Positions 38,398 to 48,799 of a stretch of DNA of 64,000 nt are shown here, piece after piece. Both the position numbers and the translations under genes were made by a program. The notes below the pieces were generated by a model. It did no database searches and had not been told where the DNA came from. It saw only the letters and a program-made list of their open reading frames with translations. Where the stretch lies: NCBI GenBank assembly GCA_043816955.1, contig JBDRHL010000144.1:3603-67602 (forward strand). The letters run 5' to 3'. The DNA comes from Planctomycetota bacterium. GTDB taxonomy: Bacteria > Planctomycetota > Phycisphaerae > Sedimentisphaerales > CAYZTY01. Positions within the stretch are counted from its first letter, which is position 1. Each line of letters opens with the position of its first letter.

Positions 38398-39333
38398 ATG
38401 GGACGCAGATGTATATTTACGGCTAAAGTTTGCTGGAACAAAATGATCGGGCAACGATTCTATCGCCTGCGGCTGGAGGTTTGCGGGGAGGGTGCGGCAG
38501 CGTTTGCAAATGCAATGCCGGGGCAATTTGTGGAGATCGACGCTTCAAACCTGCGTCTGCCCGCCCTATCGAACATACCAGAGCAATTACAGGATACAGC
38601 ACAGAGACACATTATATTGCGCAGGCCCTTCAGTTTTGCTGATATTGAAGTTCCTGACGATAGTCATGCTGTCATTGAGATTGTCTACTGTGTGCTTGGG
38701 CCGGCTACGATGCGAATGACGACTCTTGAGAGGGACGATCAGTTAAGCGTGATCGGGCCGCTTGGCAACGGGTTTAAGGTTTCAGAGAACAGCAAAGCAG
38801 CAATTCTGGTTGCCGGAGGGATGGGGGCAGCGCCACTACAGTATCTGGCAAAACACATAAAAGGCAACTACCCGACGATGGAAGTGATAGTAATGGCAGG
38901 TGCCCGCAATCGAAGAGAGCTTCCCTTCAGTTTGAGGACAGAGTCAATCAGGGCGGAGGCAGGTGAGTGGCTTGATGAGTTTGCCAGATACGGTGTTGAG
39001 TCGATTGTCGCGACCGATGACGGTTCGGCAGGATTTGCAGGTTTTGTAACCGAGGCGCTGGAGCGATGGCTTGATAATTGTCCTTACAGGGCAGAAGAAA
39101 TGATGATATTTGCCTGCGGGCCTGAACCGATGCTGGCGCAAAGCGCGCGTATAGCTTCGAAATCGAATATTCCGTGCCAAGTAAGTATGGAGAGGATGAT
39201 GGGCTGCGGGTTTGGAGTGTGCCAAAGCTGTGTCGTAGCCTGCCGGGCCGACGGCGGGGATGAAAGCTGTTACAAGCTGTGCTGCGAGGATGGTCCGGTT
39301 TTTGATAGCAGAGAAGTGATATTCAGAGTATAG
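38398..39333 (+). CDS. pyrK: Dihydroorotate dehydrogenase B electron-transfer subunit
   Basis: FAD/NAD-binding fold (PGQFVEI, RRPFS, GGMGAAP) and a C-terminal 2Fe-2S Cys cluster (C..G.G.C..C......C). Confidence 0.9.
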   Translation: MGRRCIFTAKVCWNKMIGQRFYRLRLEVCGEGAAAFANAMPGQFVEIDASNLRLPALSNIPEQLQDTAQRHIILRRPFSFADIEVPDDSHAVIEIVYCVLGPATMRMTTLERDDQLSVIGPLGNGFKVSENSKAAILVAGGMGAAPLQYLAKHIKGNYPTMEVIVMAGARNRRELPFSLRTESIRAEAGEWLDEFARYGVESIVATDDGSAGFAGFVTEALERWLDNCPYRAEEMMIFACGPEPMLAQSARIASKSNIPCQVSMERMMGCGFGVCQSCVVACRADGGDESCYKLCCEDGPVFDSREVIFRV

Positions 39334-39343
39334 AGGCAGGATT

Positions 39344-40276
39344 GTGCCTAAAGAAGCAGATATATCAATAGACTTTGCCGGTTTGAGGCTGGTAAATCCG
39401 GTTTTCAGCGCTTCGGGGACGTGCGGGTACGCGGATGAACTGGCAGATTTCATGGACCCTTGTTCAATCGGCGGTTTTATCACCAAGAGCATTACGTTGA
39501 AGCCTCGTAAGGGAAACGCTCCGCCTCGAATCATCGAAACGGATTCAGGGATGCTCAATGCGATAGGACTAGCCAATATCGGGGTTGAACGCTTCATTGC
39601 GGAGAAGCTGCCGATTATTGAACGGATGAGTCCAGCGGTGTTTGTAAATATCGCGGGCAGTGAAATTGACGAATACGTTGCTGCAGCAAAACGGCTTTGT
39701 GAGTACAAGTGTATCGCGGGTTTTGAGTTAAATATCAGTTGTCCAAATGTTAAAAAAGGCGGAATAACATTCGGGACAGAACCCAAGCAGATTGCCGAGA
39801 TAACTTCCGCGGTGAAAAAAGCGGCAGGAGAAAAACTCCTGATGGTCAAATTAACGCCTTCGGTTACAGACATAGCGATTACAGCCGGCGCAGCAGTGGA
39901 AGCCGGCGCGGATGCCCTGAGCATGGTAAACACCTTTACAGCGATGGCAATAGATATCGAGACAAGAAGGCCTGTTCTTGCCAATCGCACGGGCGGGCTG
40001 TCGGGTCCGGCAATAAAACCTGTGGCTGTATATATGGTAAATAAAGTGTATAATGAGGTAGCGCGGCCAGCAAAGGTGCCGATACTGGGTATGGGCGGGA
40101 TAAGGACCGCGTCGGATGCGATTGAATTTATTATTGCAGGCGCTACCGCTGTTGCGGTGGGGACGGCGACTTTTGCGGACCCACGTGTGTGTGCGCAGAT
40201 CGCAGAGGGTATCAGGAGATACTGCTGCGGACATGGAATAAAAAATATTGAGCAACTGAAAGGGTCTCTTGAGTAA
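39344..40276 (+). CDS. pyrD: Dihydroorotate dehydrogenase 1B catalytic subunit
   Basis: NPV..ASGT, NISCPN, NT, GGLSGPA.KP and GG.....DA.EF..AGA motifs. Confidence 0.95.
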   Translation: MPKEADISIDFAGLRLVNPVFSASGTCGYADELADFMDPCSIGGFITKSITLKPRKGNAPPRIIETDSGMLNAIGLANIGVERFIAEKLPIIERMSPAVFVNIAGSEIDEYVAAAKRLCEYKCIAGFELNISCPNVKKGGITFGTEPKQIAEITSAVKKAAGEKLLMVKLTPSVTDIAITAGAAVEAGADALSMVNTFTAMAIDIETRRPVLANRTGGLSGPAIKPVAVYMVNKVYNEVARPAKVPILGMGGIRTASDAIEFIIAGATAVAVGTATFADPRVCAQIAEGIRRYCCGHGIKNIEQLKGSLE

Positions 40277-40298
40277 AGCTGATTCAGCGGGATAGAAA

Positions 40299-40604
40299 AT
40301 GCAGAGGTTGAAATTATTGACAGAGTATTTTCCGATGGCTGTATTTACCGGCAGGGCTGTGGTTTTTATCAGTGAGGACTGGCGGGTGGAGCTGACCGAA
40401 CACCAGAATCCGAACTATGGTCAGAATCCGTCGAATGTGCCGATCATACGTGTTCGAATATTCAAAAAAGCTCTCAGTGGGGAGCTTATCCCCGGTCATT
40501 TCGAGGATTTTCAGATCGAATCTATCGGTGAGACAGCAGGCCAGATAGAAAGATACATACAGTATGCAGTAGGCAGAAACATCAGGGAAGAGGGGATGGG
40601 ATAG
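40299..40604 (+). CDS. Hypothetical protein
   Basis: ORF only. It fits the gap between pyrD and the DUF167 gene, and no family was recognised. Confidence 0.4.
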   Translation: MQRLKLLTEYFPMAVFTGRAVVFISEDWRVELTEHQNPNYGQNPSNVPIIRVRIFKKALSGELIPGHFEDFQIESIGETAGQIERYIQYAVGRNIREEGMG

Positions 40605-40627
40605 CATGTCAGCAGTGATGAGGGTCG

Positions 40628-40924
40628 ATGCCAGAGCTGGAAATTGACACAATCAAGGGAGGGATTGTCTTTGGCGTCAAGGTAGTCCCGGGCAGCAGCA
40701 GAACCGTTGTTTCCGGGCTGCTTGGCAAAAGGCTAAAGATAAAAGTAGCGGCGGCAGCAGAAAAGGGCAAAGCCAATCAGTGTCTAGTGGAATTTCTGGC
40801 GGCCAAGGCGCAGGTGAGAAAAAATGCAGTTTCGATAACCAGCGGTCAAACCGGCATGACCAAGACGATACGAATCACGGGCCTGTCGAGGGAACAATTA
40901 CTGGAACGACTTGAGCTTGCATAG
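40628..40924 (+). CDS. DUF167 (YggU-like) protein
   Basis: V.V.PGSS......G.......LKIKV.A....GKAN..L..FLA. Confidence 0.8.
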   Translation: MPELEIDTIKGGIVFGVKVVPGSSRTVVSGLLGKRLKIKVAAAAEKGKANQCLVEFLAAKAQVRKNAVSITSGQTGMTKTIRITGLSREQLLERLELA

Positions 40925-40936
40925 CGGTTAGATGGG

Positions 40937-42367
40937 ATGACAACAGAACTTGTTCAAAGCCGGGCAGCAGAGGATGCAAGAAGCGAGACATCGATAGCTT
41001 ATATGATGAAACTAGCAGCACCGATGATCGTGACGAACATCTCTTTTACCGTTATGCAATTTGTCGACCGGCTGATGGTTTCGCGACTGGGGACAGACGC
41101 CCTAGCGGCGGTACTGCCGGCAGGATTTTTGTGCTTTGTGCCGGGCAGCTTTGCGATAGGGGTCAGCACGAGCATCAATACCTTTGTCAGCCAGAGCCTG
41201 GGAAGAGGCAATCTGCGTGACTGCTCATCGTATTGCTGGCAGGCAATATACATGGGCATGGTCTATGCGATTATTACTGCCAGTGTGCTGTGGGTTTGGG
41301 CACCACATATATTCCATTTGATGGGCCATCCCGAACCTGTGATCGTCATGGAGGTAACGTATCTGAGGATACTGCTGTACAGCCAGATATGGACGGTTCT
41401 GATATGGAGCTGCAGCCAGTTCTTCATGGGTGTGCACAGGCCTGTGATAACCATGTACGCCTCGCTGGTCGGTCAGGTGATAAATGTTTTTGCCAATTAT
41501 GTGCTCATTTTCGGTAAGTTCGGCGCCCCTGCGATGGGGATTGCCGGTGCAGGATGGGGGACGTTTATGGGTGTAGCAGCGGGCGCGGTGATACGCTTCA
41601 TCGCGTTCCTGACTGGAGATACAAGCAAAAGGTTTCAGAGCCGTGCGTCACTGCGGATCGATTTTAGCAAAATGGGAGGGATTCTACGAGTCGGTATACC
41701 TGCTGGTATTGCAATGGCAGTAAATGTTTCTCTTTGGGGGATGTGTCTTTTCTGGCTTGTTGGGATGTTCGGCAAAGAATCACTGGCGGCAACTTCGGCG
41801 GTCTTTGCCTGTGTCAACGTATCAGTGATGCCTATCGTGGGCATCAGCACCGCACTTACCGCAGCGGTCGGCAGATCCATCGGGATGGGGCACAAGGGCC
41901 TTGCAATGAAACAAACCAGCACCTCACTTCGTATAGCAGTAGTGTATATGGGTCTTGCGGGAGTGTGTTTCTTTTTCTTCAGAGAGCACCTTATGCATCT
42001 GTGGTCGGATGACCGACAGGTAATCGGCATCGGGATGAACCTGTTTATCTGTGCAGCGATATTCCAGATTTTTGATGCAGCGACAATTATTTATACCGGC
42101 GCACTGCGCGGGGCGGGAGACACTCGCTGGCTGGCGGCGATTAGTGCGTTCAGCTCAACAATAATACTGGGATTGGGAGGCTATTTTCTGGTACAATTGG
42201 CGCCGGAGTTTGGCGCTGTCGGGCCGTGGATTGCGTGCACGGCGAATGTTATATTCGTAGGTCTGGCCAACAGATGGCGGTTCAAGAGCATGCGCTGGGC
42301 ACAAATAAATATTTTTCGGCCTGGTGAGGCAGGGATACCGCTGGAGATAGAGTCGGTGGTTGATTGA
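40937..42367 (+). CDS. MATE-family efflux transporter
   Basis: 12 TM helices and MATE signatures (P....N......D....S.LG..ALAAV; GALRGAGDT). Confidence 0.9.
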   Translation: MTTELVQSRAAEDARSETSIAYMMKLAAPMIVTNISFTVMQFVDRLMVSRLGTDALAAVLPAGFLCFVPGSFAIGVSTSINTFVSQSLGRGNLRDCSSYCWQAIYMGMVYAIITASVLWVWAPHIFHLMGHPEPVIVMEVTYLRILLYSQIWTVLIWSCSQFFMGVHRPVITMYASLVGQVINVFANYVLIFGKFGAPAMGIAGAGWGTFMGVAAGAVIRFIAFLTGDTSKRFQSRASLRIDFSKMGGILRVGIPAGIAMAVNVSLWGMCLFWLVGMFGKESLAATSAVFACVNVSVMPIVGISTALTAAVGRSIGMGHKGLAMKQTSTSLRIAVVYMGLAGVCFFFFREHLMHLWSDDRQVIGIGMNLFICAAIFQIFDAATIIYTGALRGAGDTRWLAAISAFSSTIILGLGGYFLVQLAPEFGAVGPWIACTANVIFVGLANRWRFKSMRWAQINIFRPGEAGIPLEIESVVD

Positions 42368-42375
42368 GAAACGTC

Positions 42376-44079
42376 ATGAGAATTAGAATCATAACAGCCA
42401 TTTTCCTTATTCCGGCCTGGTGCCTGTCGGCAGCATCGGCACAGTTAGCCAATGAAGATATCCGGGGGTTGTATGCGAAGGATATTGAGCAGGTTTTGCA
42501 TCTTGACGAGGATCAGATTGATCTGGCAACAGCGGTGCTGCTGCTGTCGAAACAATATGACTCGGCTATCAATCTGCAGAAATACCGCAGCAGGATTGAT
42601 GACATGGCGTTTGAGATTCTCGGTCGTCTTGAAACCGGGAAAATTCCCCACAATGAGTATGCGGTCTCTGTGATAAATAAGTACCTTTTCAAGGAATTGG
42701 ACTTCAAGTCCGTCGATACTGCTGATGATCCGGAAGATTTGTTTCTTGACAGAGTAATCGACAGGAAACGCGGCTATTGCCTGAGTCTGTCAATTCTCTA
42801 TCTATCAATAGCGGAGCGGATCGGTCTGTCTGTTTACGGTGTGGTTGTGCCGGGCCATTTTTTTGTCCGGTACGACGATGGGAAAACACGGTTTAACATA
42901 GAAAGCACTTCGACAGGAGTAAACCCGCCGGACGAGCATTACACAACAAAGTTCAAGGTTCCTGAAAACAATCCCGGCGGGATTTACATGATAAACCTGA
43001 CAAAAAGGCAGACGATAGGGTGTTTCTGCAACAACCTTGGTAATATCTACCAGGAGCGCGGGAATATCGATTCGGCGCTAGTGGAACTGGAAAGAGCTGT
43101 TACTATCAATCCGACGCTGGCGATGGCTCATACGAATCTGGGCAATATATACCTCAAGAAAGACCTTATCGAGGAGGCAATCGAGGAGTATGAAACGGCG
43201 ATGGAGATTAACCCTGCCGACGCCAAGACGCATAATAACCTGGGCAATGCCTATAAACGGCAGGACCGGCTGCTCAGCGCAAAGTTTCACTACAAAGAAT
43301 CCATGGGGCTTGACCCGAATTTCATAGATCCTCTTAGAAATATCGCCGACCTTTATTGTGCAGAGGGGCTGTTCGGCCAGGCAATTATGAGTTTGAACGC
43401 GGCGCTTCAAATTGAGCCTAAAAATGCCGAAGTTTACGCCCAGATGGGAGATGTGTACCGGCAGAAACAGGATTACAACCAGGCGATAGTACATTATCAG
43501 ACGGCACTTTTTATCAAGTCTGACCTGGCTGAGGCACAGTGCGGCCTGGGGTACGCTTTTTTGAAAAAGGACAGGCCCTATGATGCAATTGCGTCTTTTC
43601 AGCGGAGCATCAACTGCAAGGCTGATTACGCAGCGGCGTATTTCGGACTTGCTTCGGCTTACAACGGGATCAAGTCTATTGATGAGGAAATCCAGACATA
43701 CGAAAAGCTTCTGGTTATTGCGCCCGATACGTTTGAGGCTATGCAGAACCTGGGCAATGCCTATATGGCCAAAGAGATGTTTGACGCCGCGATCGAGCAA
43801 TATATCAAGGCCTTGTCGCTTCATGGGAAATCGGGTGAGATTTATTACAACCTGGGTGTTGCTTATGCCAACAAGAAGCTGTATACACAGGCGATAGCAC
43901 AGTACGCCAAGGCTATCGAGATCAATCTTAACAACGCCCTTGCGCATAATGCCATCGCGATCAGTTATTATTATGTCGGCAAGTACGATCTGGCATGGAA
44001 GCATATTGAGATAGCCAAGAAGCTGGGATATGACGTTCCTGATGACCTTTATAAGGTCGTTTATGATAAGGTTCATTAG
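42376..44079 (+). CDS. Secreted transglutaminase-like (Cys-protease fold) plus TPR-repeat protein
   Basis: Signal peptide. Transglutaminase-core-like RGYCLSLSILYLSIAERIGL..YGVVVPGHFFVRY, followed by about 10 TPR units. Confidence 0.8.
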   Translation: MRIRIITAIFLIPAWCLSAASAQLANEDIRGLYAKDIEQVLHLDEDQIDLATAVLLLSKQYDSAINLQKYRSRIDDMAFEILGRLETGKIPHNEYAVSVINKYLFKELDFKSVDTADDPEDLFLDRVIDRKRGYCLSLSILYLSIAERIGLSVYGVVVPGHFFVRYDDGKTRFNIESTSTGVNPPDEHYTTKFKVPENNPGGIYMINLTKRQTIGCFCNNLGNIYQERGNIDSALVELERAVTINPTLAMAHTNLGNIYLKKDLIEEAIEEYETAMEINPADAKTHNNLGNAYKRQDRLLSAKFHYKESMGLDPNFIDPLRNIADLYCAEGLFGQAIMSLNAALQIEPKNAEVYAQMGDVYRQKQDYNQAIVHYQTALFIKSDLAEAQCGLGYAFLKKDRPYDAIASFQRSINCKADYAAAYFGLASAYNGIKSIDEEIQTYEKLLVIAPDTFEAMQNLGNAYMAKEMFDAAIEQYIKALSLHGKSGEIYYNLGVAYANKKLYTQAIAQYAKAIEINLNNALAHNAIAISYYYVGKYDLAWKHIEIAKKLGYDVPDDLYKVVYDKVH

Positions 44080-44118
44080 CCTTTCGGCAATGCAAAAACC
44101 TTTTTGAAGGAGATGACG

Positions 44119-44964
44119 ATGCACCTCATCTACAAAATCATTGGTCTGATACTGTCGGTTATTGTTGTTGTGCTGCTGGCGGGAGTGGTTTTATTTTCGC
44201 TGTTCGGCAACCGCGCTCTGCGAGTCGGAATTGAAACGGCGGCAACAAAGGCGCTGAATGTCGGCGTCGATATTGACGATGTTGATCTATCGATTTTCAG
44301 GGGAAGATTTGAAATGGAAAACCTGGTTGTCGCCAATCCTCCCGGCTATGAGCATGATTCGCTGCTTACGCTGGGGAAAACTACGGTGGTTGCCGACATC
44401 AGGTCTCTTCTGAAGGACACAGTTCACATCAAAGACATAAAGCTCGACGGCATGACCGTTGTGATGGAACAAAAAGGCCTGACCAGCAATCTGCAGACGG
44501 TAATCGGCTCGATATCGAAGAAAAAATCCGCCAAGGAACCTGAACCGGCGGAGCCGGCAAAGCAACTGCATATCGACAATCTTGTGATAACCGGCGTTAC
44601 GGTGAAGGTCAAACTGATCCCGATACCCGGCAAGATGGACACGATTTCCCTGAGCCTCAGTCCTATCCGAATGACCAACCTGGGAACAGATGAGCCGATC
44701 AATACCGCGGAACTGGCAGCGAAGATAATGGTTGCTGTGGCAACGGGTGTGGCTCAACAGGGAGCGGGCAAGCTGCCGGAAGAAATGATCGCTTCGATAA
44801 GTTCAGAGCTGAAAAAAATGGGGGTACTGTCCGAAGCAGTTCTCAATAAAAGCATGGAGGCGCTCAAAAGCGGCAAGGAGCTGGGAAGCGAGGCAATCGA
44901 AAAGGGAAAGGATATCGGCGAGGGCATCAAGAAGGGAATCGGAGAACTGTTTAAGAAGGAATAG
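44119..44964 (+). CDS. Membrane-anchored AsmA/DUF748-like protein
   Basis: AGGAG at 44108-44112 lies 6 nt before ATG 44119. N-terminal TM anchor, then a beta-rich repeating segment (V.I.D..L.....V.......). The family call is tentative. Confidence 0.5.
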   Translation: MHLIYKIIGLILSVIVVVLLAGVVLFSLFGNRALRVGIETAATKALNVGVDIDDVDLSIFRGRFEMENLVVANPPGYEHDSLLTLGKTTVVADIRSLLKDTVHIKDIKLDGMTVVMEQKGLTSNLQTVIGSISKKKSAKEPEPAEPAKQLHIDNLVITGVTVKVKLIPIPGKMDTISLSLSPIRMTNLGTDEPINTAELAAKIMVAVATGVAQQGAGKLPEEMIASISSELKKMGVLSEAVLNKSMEALKSGKELGSEAIEKGKDIGEGIKKGIGELFKKE

Positions 44965-45014
44965 CGTTTGAGATTTTATCGTGGGTAATTGCACTCCATA
45001 ATTGAGGAATTGAC

Positions 45015-47363
45015 ATGAAAAAGTGCTTCACAATGATAATTGCAACGGGGATGGCGGTGCTGGCAGCATCTGAACCGGATATAACCGAAATGTCGCAGTT
45101 CTACGGTTTCGGTGAAATGGAGATTATAAAACTTGACTGGAATATTCACAACCTGCGGGTTGCCGATTTTAACGGGGATAAGCGTACCGATATTGCCGTT
45201 GCCAATAACTACAAGTCACGGATCGAAATACTGATTCAAAAGAGCACTGTGGGTCAGTCCGGGCAGACGGTTACTGTCGATTTGAATGATATTGACATAA
45301 ATGAGCTTTCGCCTCCGAGCCGTTTTTCGAAACAGCCTCTGCCCGTCTCACAGAAGATCACCAGTCTTGTCTGCGGTGATCTTAACGGTGACGGAAAGGT
45401 TGACCTGGCATTTTATGGTGAGCCACGAGGTCTTTATGTCGTACTTCAGAAAGACGGGGAAGACAAAGGCAGTGGAGAAGACACACTGAGCTGGCATACC
45501 AGAGAGAAAATAGACATTGATGACGGGCTGCTGACCTCGGAGGCGCTTCAGTGCGCCGATCTGACAGGGGATGGTCTGGATGATTTGATTCTCGCGGCGC
45601 AGGACAGTGTTTATGTGATCGCCCAGGAGAAGGACGGTGAACTTTCTGAGCCTGTCCAATATTCCACAACTTCCAGGGTCATTCAGCTCAATGTAACTGA
45701 TCTAAATGGCGACGGGCGGAAAGACCTTGTGCTTGTAACTGATGACGGCGAAAAGCCGCTTCATGTCCGGTTCGGCAGCAAGACAGGAGAACTCGGCCCG
45801 CAGGTGCAGTTTTTCATGGAGGCTCCTTACAAGGTTGTATTCTACGATTACGATCAATGCGGGGAAAGTGAGATACTGGCAGTGGACGCCAAGAGCGGAA
45901 GACTCAACTCATGTAAACTGGTAAACAAGGATAAAAAGGACTCCCATGATTATCCGGTTCTGTACTACCCGTTTGCTTCAGAAAAGGAAGGCAGGGCCAG
46001 AGACCTGGTTCTGGCGGATGTGGATGGTGATAAGCTTACTGACGTGGTCGTCAGCTCTCCGGGTGCTGCTGAGCTGATGCTCTATCGACAGAAGCACCAA
46101 ACCGGGCTGGCAGAAGCGGTAAAATTTCCAGCTTTTGCGGGGATTTCCAGCATATCAGCAGCGGATATTGACGGAGACGGCAGAGAGGAAATTGCTGTTC
46201 TGAGTGTTAAGGAAAAAGTAATAGGCATCAGCAAATTCAGCAACAACAGGCTATGTTTTCCTGAGCCGCTGGATATTCGTGAAGAGCCGCTGGTGATGAC
46301 GCTGGCGGATATCAACAACGACAGGAAAATCGACTGCTTGTATGCAGCTAAAGATGTCAACGAGGGCAGGGTGCTGAATGTCATTTATGACGTTGGTGCC
46401 GGCGTAAAATCCCTGCCTCAAAGACTCAGTAAGCTGGCGATTGAGTATAATCCCGAAGATATGAAGGTTCATGACGCAGACCAGGACGGCCTGGCGGATG
46501 TTTTAATTCTGGACAAGTATGAGGCACCGGTATTTATCCGTCAAAAGCAGCTCGGGGAATTCGAGGTAATTGATTCGGGCAGTTCCTATGGCAGCCTGAT
46601 AAGTAATGCGCGGGCAGCATCAATTGCATTTGCGGATATTGACGGCAAAGGCGGCAATGAACTGCTGCTGGCACAGGATAACTTCGCCAGAGCACTTGTA
46701 CTGAGCGAAGAGCAGAAATGGCGAATTGCAGATCAGTATAATGCACGAAATACGGAAAACTCGATAACCGCAGTTGGCGGCTTTGATCTTAACGCCGACG
46801 GCAAGGTTCAGATACTGCTGGCAGACGGTCAGAAAGGACAGTTGCAGATACTCGCTAGTGGTAAAGACCGGACCTACCGTTTTGACGAAAAGATTGACAT
46901 TGGACGATGGAATATAAAGAAGATGTTTTTTGCGCCGTTGACGGGCGGTAAAAATGCGGACATTCTGCTCTTTGACAACGACAAGTTTGCTATTTTGTGC
47001 CTGAAAGACAGTGCACGGGAATACGGGCTGCTTGAACAGCAATTCAATTACGAGACGAAAATCAAGCAAGGGGTGTACGGCAACCTCGCTGCCGGGGACA
47101 TCAACGGAGACGGCAAAACGGATATACTGATGGTCGAGTACAAGAATAATCACATGGAGATACTGGCAGTGGATGAGAAATTTCAGCCGATTCCCGCGAT
47201 GCGTTTCAAGATATTCGAACAGAAAAGTTACAGACCTGATGAGACGGGCAGCAGATCTACTGTGGAACCGAGGGAGCTGCTGGTAGCTGATGTTACTGCG
47301 GACGGGAAAGATGATCTGGTAATGGTTATTCATGACCGGATAATCATTTATCCACAGGACTGA
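45015..47363 (+). CDS. FG-GAP/VCBS-repeat protein with 14 repeats, predicted to form two 7-bladed beta-propellers
   Basis: Signal peptide. I counted 14 Ca-loop-like D.(N/D)GDG..D(I/L) units (DFNGDKRTDI, DLNGDGKVDL, DLTGDGLDDL, ... DINGDGKTDI, DVTADGKDDL). Confidence 0.85.
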   Translation: MKKCFTMIIATGMAVLAASEPDITEMSQFYGFGEMEIIKLDWNIHNLRVADFNGDKRTDIAVANNYKSRIEILIQKSTVGQSGQTVTVDLNDIDINELSPPSRFSKQPLPVSQKITSLVCGDLNGDGKVDLAFYGEPRGLYVVLQKDGEDKGSGEDTLSWHTREKIDIDDGLLTSEALQCADLTGDGLDDLILAAQDSVYVIAQEKDGELSEPVQYSTTSRVIQLNVTDLNGDGRKDLVLVTDDGEKPLHVRFGSKTGELGPQVQFFMEAPYKVVFYDYDQCGESEILAVDAKSGRLNSCKLVNKDKKDSHDYPVLYYPFASEKEGRARDLVLADVDGDKLTDVVVSSPGAAELMLYRQKHQTGLAEAVKFPAFAGISSISAADIDGDGREEIAVLSVKEKVIGISKFSNNRLCFPEPLDIREEPLVMTLADINNDRKIDCLYAAKDVNEGRVLNVIYDVGAGVKSLPQRLSKLAIEYNPEDMKVHDADQDGLADVLILDKYEAPVFIRQKQLGEFEVIDSGSSYGSLISNARAASIAFADIDGKGGNELLLAQDNFARALVLSEEQKWRIADQYNARNTENSITAVGGFDLNADGKVQILLADGQKGQLQILASGKDRTYRFDEKIDIGRWNIKKMFFAPLTGGKNADILLFDNDKFAILCLKDSAREYGLLEQQFNYETKIKQGVYGNLAAGDINGDGKTDILMVEYKNNHMEILAVDEKFQPIPAMRFKIFEQKSYRPDETGSRSTVEPRELLVADVTADGKDDLVMVIHDRIIIYPQD

Positions 47364-47497
47364 CCCCCCTGCCGGACACAGTAATAAGAAATTCCTTCCG
47401 ATATAGCGATGTTTCTGGTAAAAATATCGTCTATGTATACGTTATATCGGTGTGGAAATGAAATTGAAGCAGTAAAAACCAGGACATGTGAAAAGGC

Positions 47498-48769
47498 ATG
47501 AAAATTATCAACAAAATTCGGAATTTTGATGTGAAGCTGACAGCACCGCCTGCGAAGGCGTATACGCTACGTGCGCTGATAATCAGCTCGCTGGCGGAAG
47601 GCAAAAGCATTATTCACTGTCCCCTGCTGGGTCAGGACCAGTTGAATGTCATTAAATGCCTTGAAAGTCTTGGCGCGAAGATAGAACTTCCCAATGACAG
47701 CCTGGTTGTTGAGGGCTGCGGCGGAAAATATGCACCTGCTGTCGAGGAACTGGACGTCTGCGAATCCGGGGTGGGTATGAACTTTCTTACATCGGCAGCG
47801 TGTCTTTGCAGCAAGCCTGTAGTTATTACAGGTTCCAAGAGAATCACCGAAAGGCCGATTTCTGAAGTGGTAAGCGGCCTGCGGCAGCTCGGCTGCCGGA
47901 TAGAGTATCTGGGTAATGAGGGTTTTCCTCCTGTGAAGGTTTTTGGCGGCGGAATACGGGGAGGAAAAGCATCGATCCACGGACAGATGAGTTCGCAGTA
48001 CTTCAGCTCGATAGTTATCTCGTCGCCATATGCCCAAAGTCCTGTTACACTGCAATGCCTTGACAACATGACGGAAAAACCTTACCTTGACATATCGCTG
48101 CAGATGATGTCGCGTTACGGGGTCGAGGTTCAGAACAACAACTACAAGGAAATCAGGATTCCCGTCGGCAAATACCATCCGCAGGAAATGACGATTGAAG
48201 GCGATTACAGCAGTGCATCGTTTTTCTTTCTCGCTGCAGCCGTAACCGGAGGGAAAGTAACGCTGACAGGTCTGAGGCGTGATACAAAACAGGGTGACAG
48301 AGCATTTCTCGATCTTCTTTCGAAGATGGGCTGTGAAATATCCCAAACCACTGAAGATGTTAGTGTTCAAGGCAGAGCACTGGCGGCGATCGAGGAGGAT
48401 ATGGGAGACATACCGGACCTTTTGCCCCCGATCGGGATTGCTGCGGCTTTTGCGAAGGGTACAAGCCGTTTTACCAACATCGGTCATCTGAGACACAAGG
48501 AAAGCGACCGCCCTGCTGTGATGGCTTCACAACTGAAGAGAATGGGGGTAGCGGCTTGCTGCGAAGAAGGTACGCTGACTGTTACCGGAACGAAAAAAAT
48601 CTACGGCGGTGTAATTAACCCGCACAATGACCACCGCATCGCGATGAGCTTTGCCGCTGCGGGACTGATGGTGAGCGGAACAGCCATCGAGAACGAGATG
48701 TGTGTTACAAAATCGTTCCCTGATTTCTGGGAGAGATTCAGGGTATTCACAGAACAGGAAATCAGTTAA
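47498..48769 (+). CDS. aroA: 3-phosphoshikimate 1-carboxyvinyltransferase (EPSP synthase)
   Basis: K.YT.RAL....LA.G, SSQY.S, DHRIAMSFA.AGL. Confidence 0.95.
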   Translation: MKIINKIRNFDVKLTAPPAKAYTLRALIISSLAEGKSIIHCPLLGQDQLNVIKCLESLGAKIELPNDSLVVEGCGGKYAPAVEELDVCESGVGMNFLTSAACLCSKPVVITGSKRITERPISEVVSGLRQLGCRIEYLGNEGFPPVKVFGGGIRGGKASIHGQMSSQYFSSIVISSPYAQSPVTLQCLDNMTEKPYLDISLQMMSRYGVEVQNNNYKEIRIPVGKYHPQEMTIEGDYSSASFFFLAAAVTGGKVTLTGLRRDTKQGDRAFLDLLSKMGCEISQTTEDVSVQGRALAAIEEDMGDIPDLLPPIGIAAAFAKGTSRFTNIGHLRHKESDRPAVMASQLKRMGVAACCEEGTLTVTGTKKIYGGVINPHNDHRIAMSFAAAGLMVSGTAIENEMCVTKSFPDFWERFRVFTEQEIS

Positions 48770-48799
48770 CACATTGATGATTCAGGAGAGGCAAACAAA

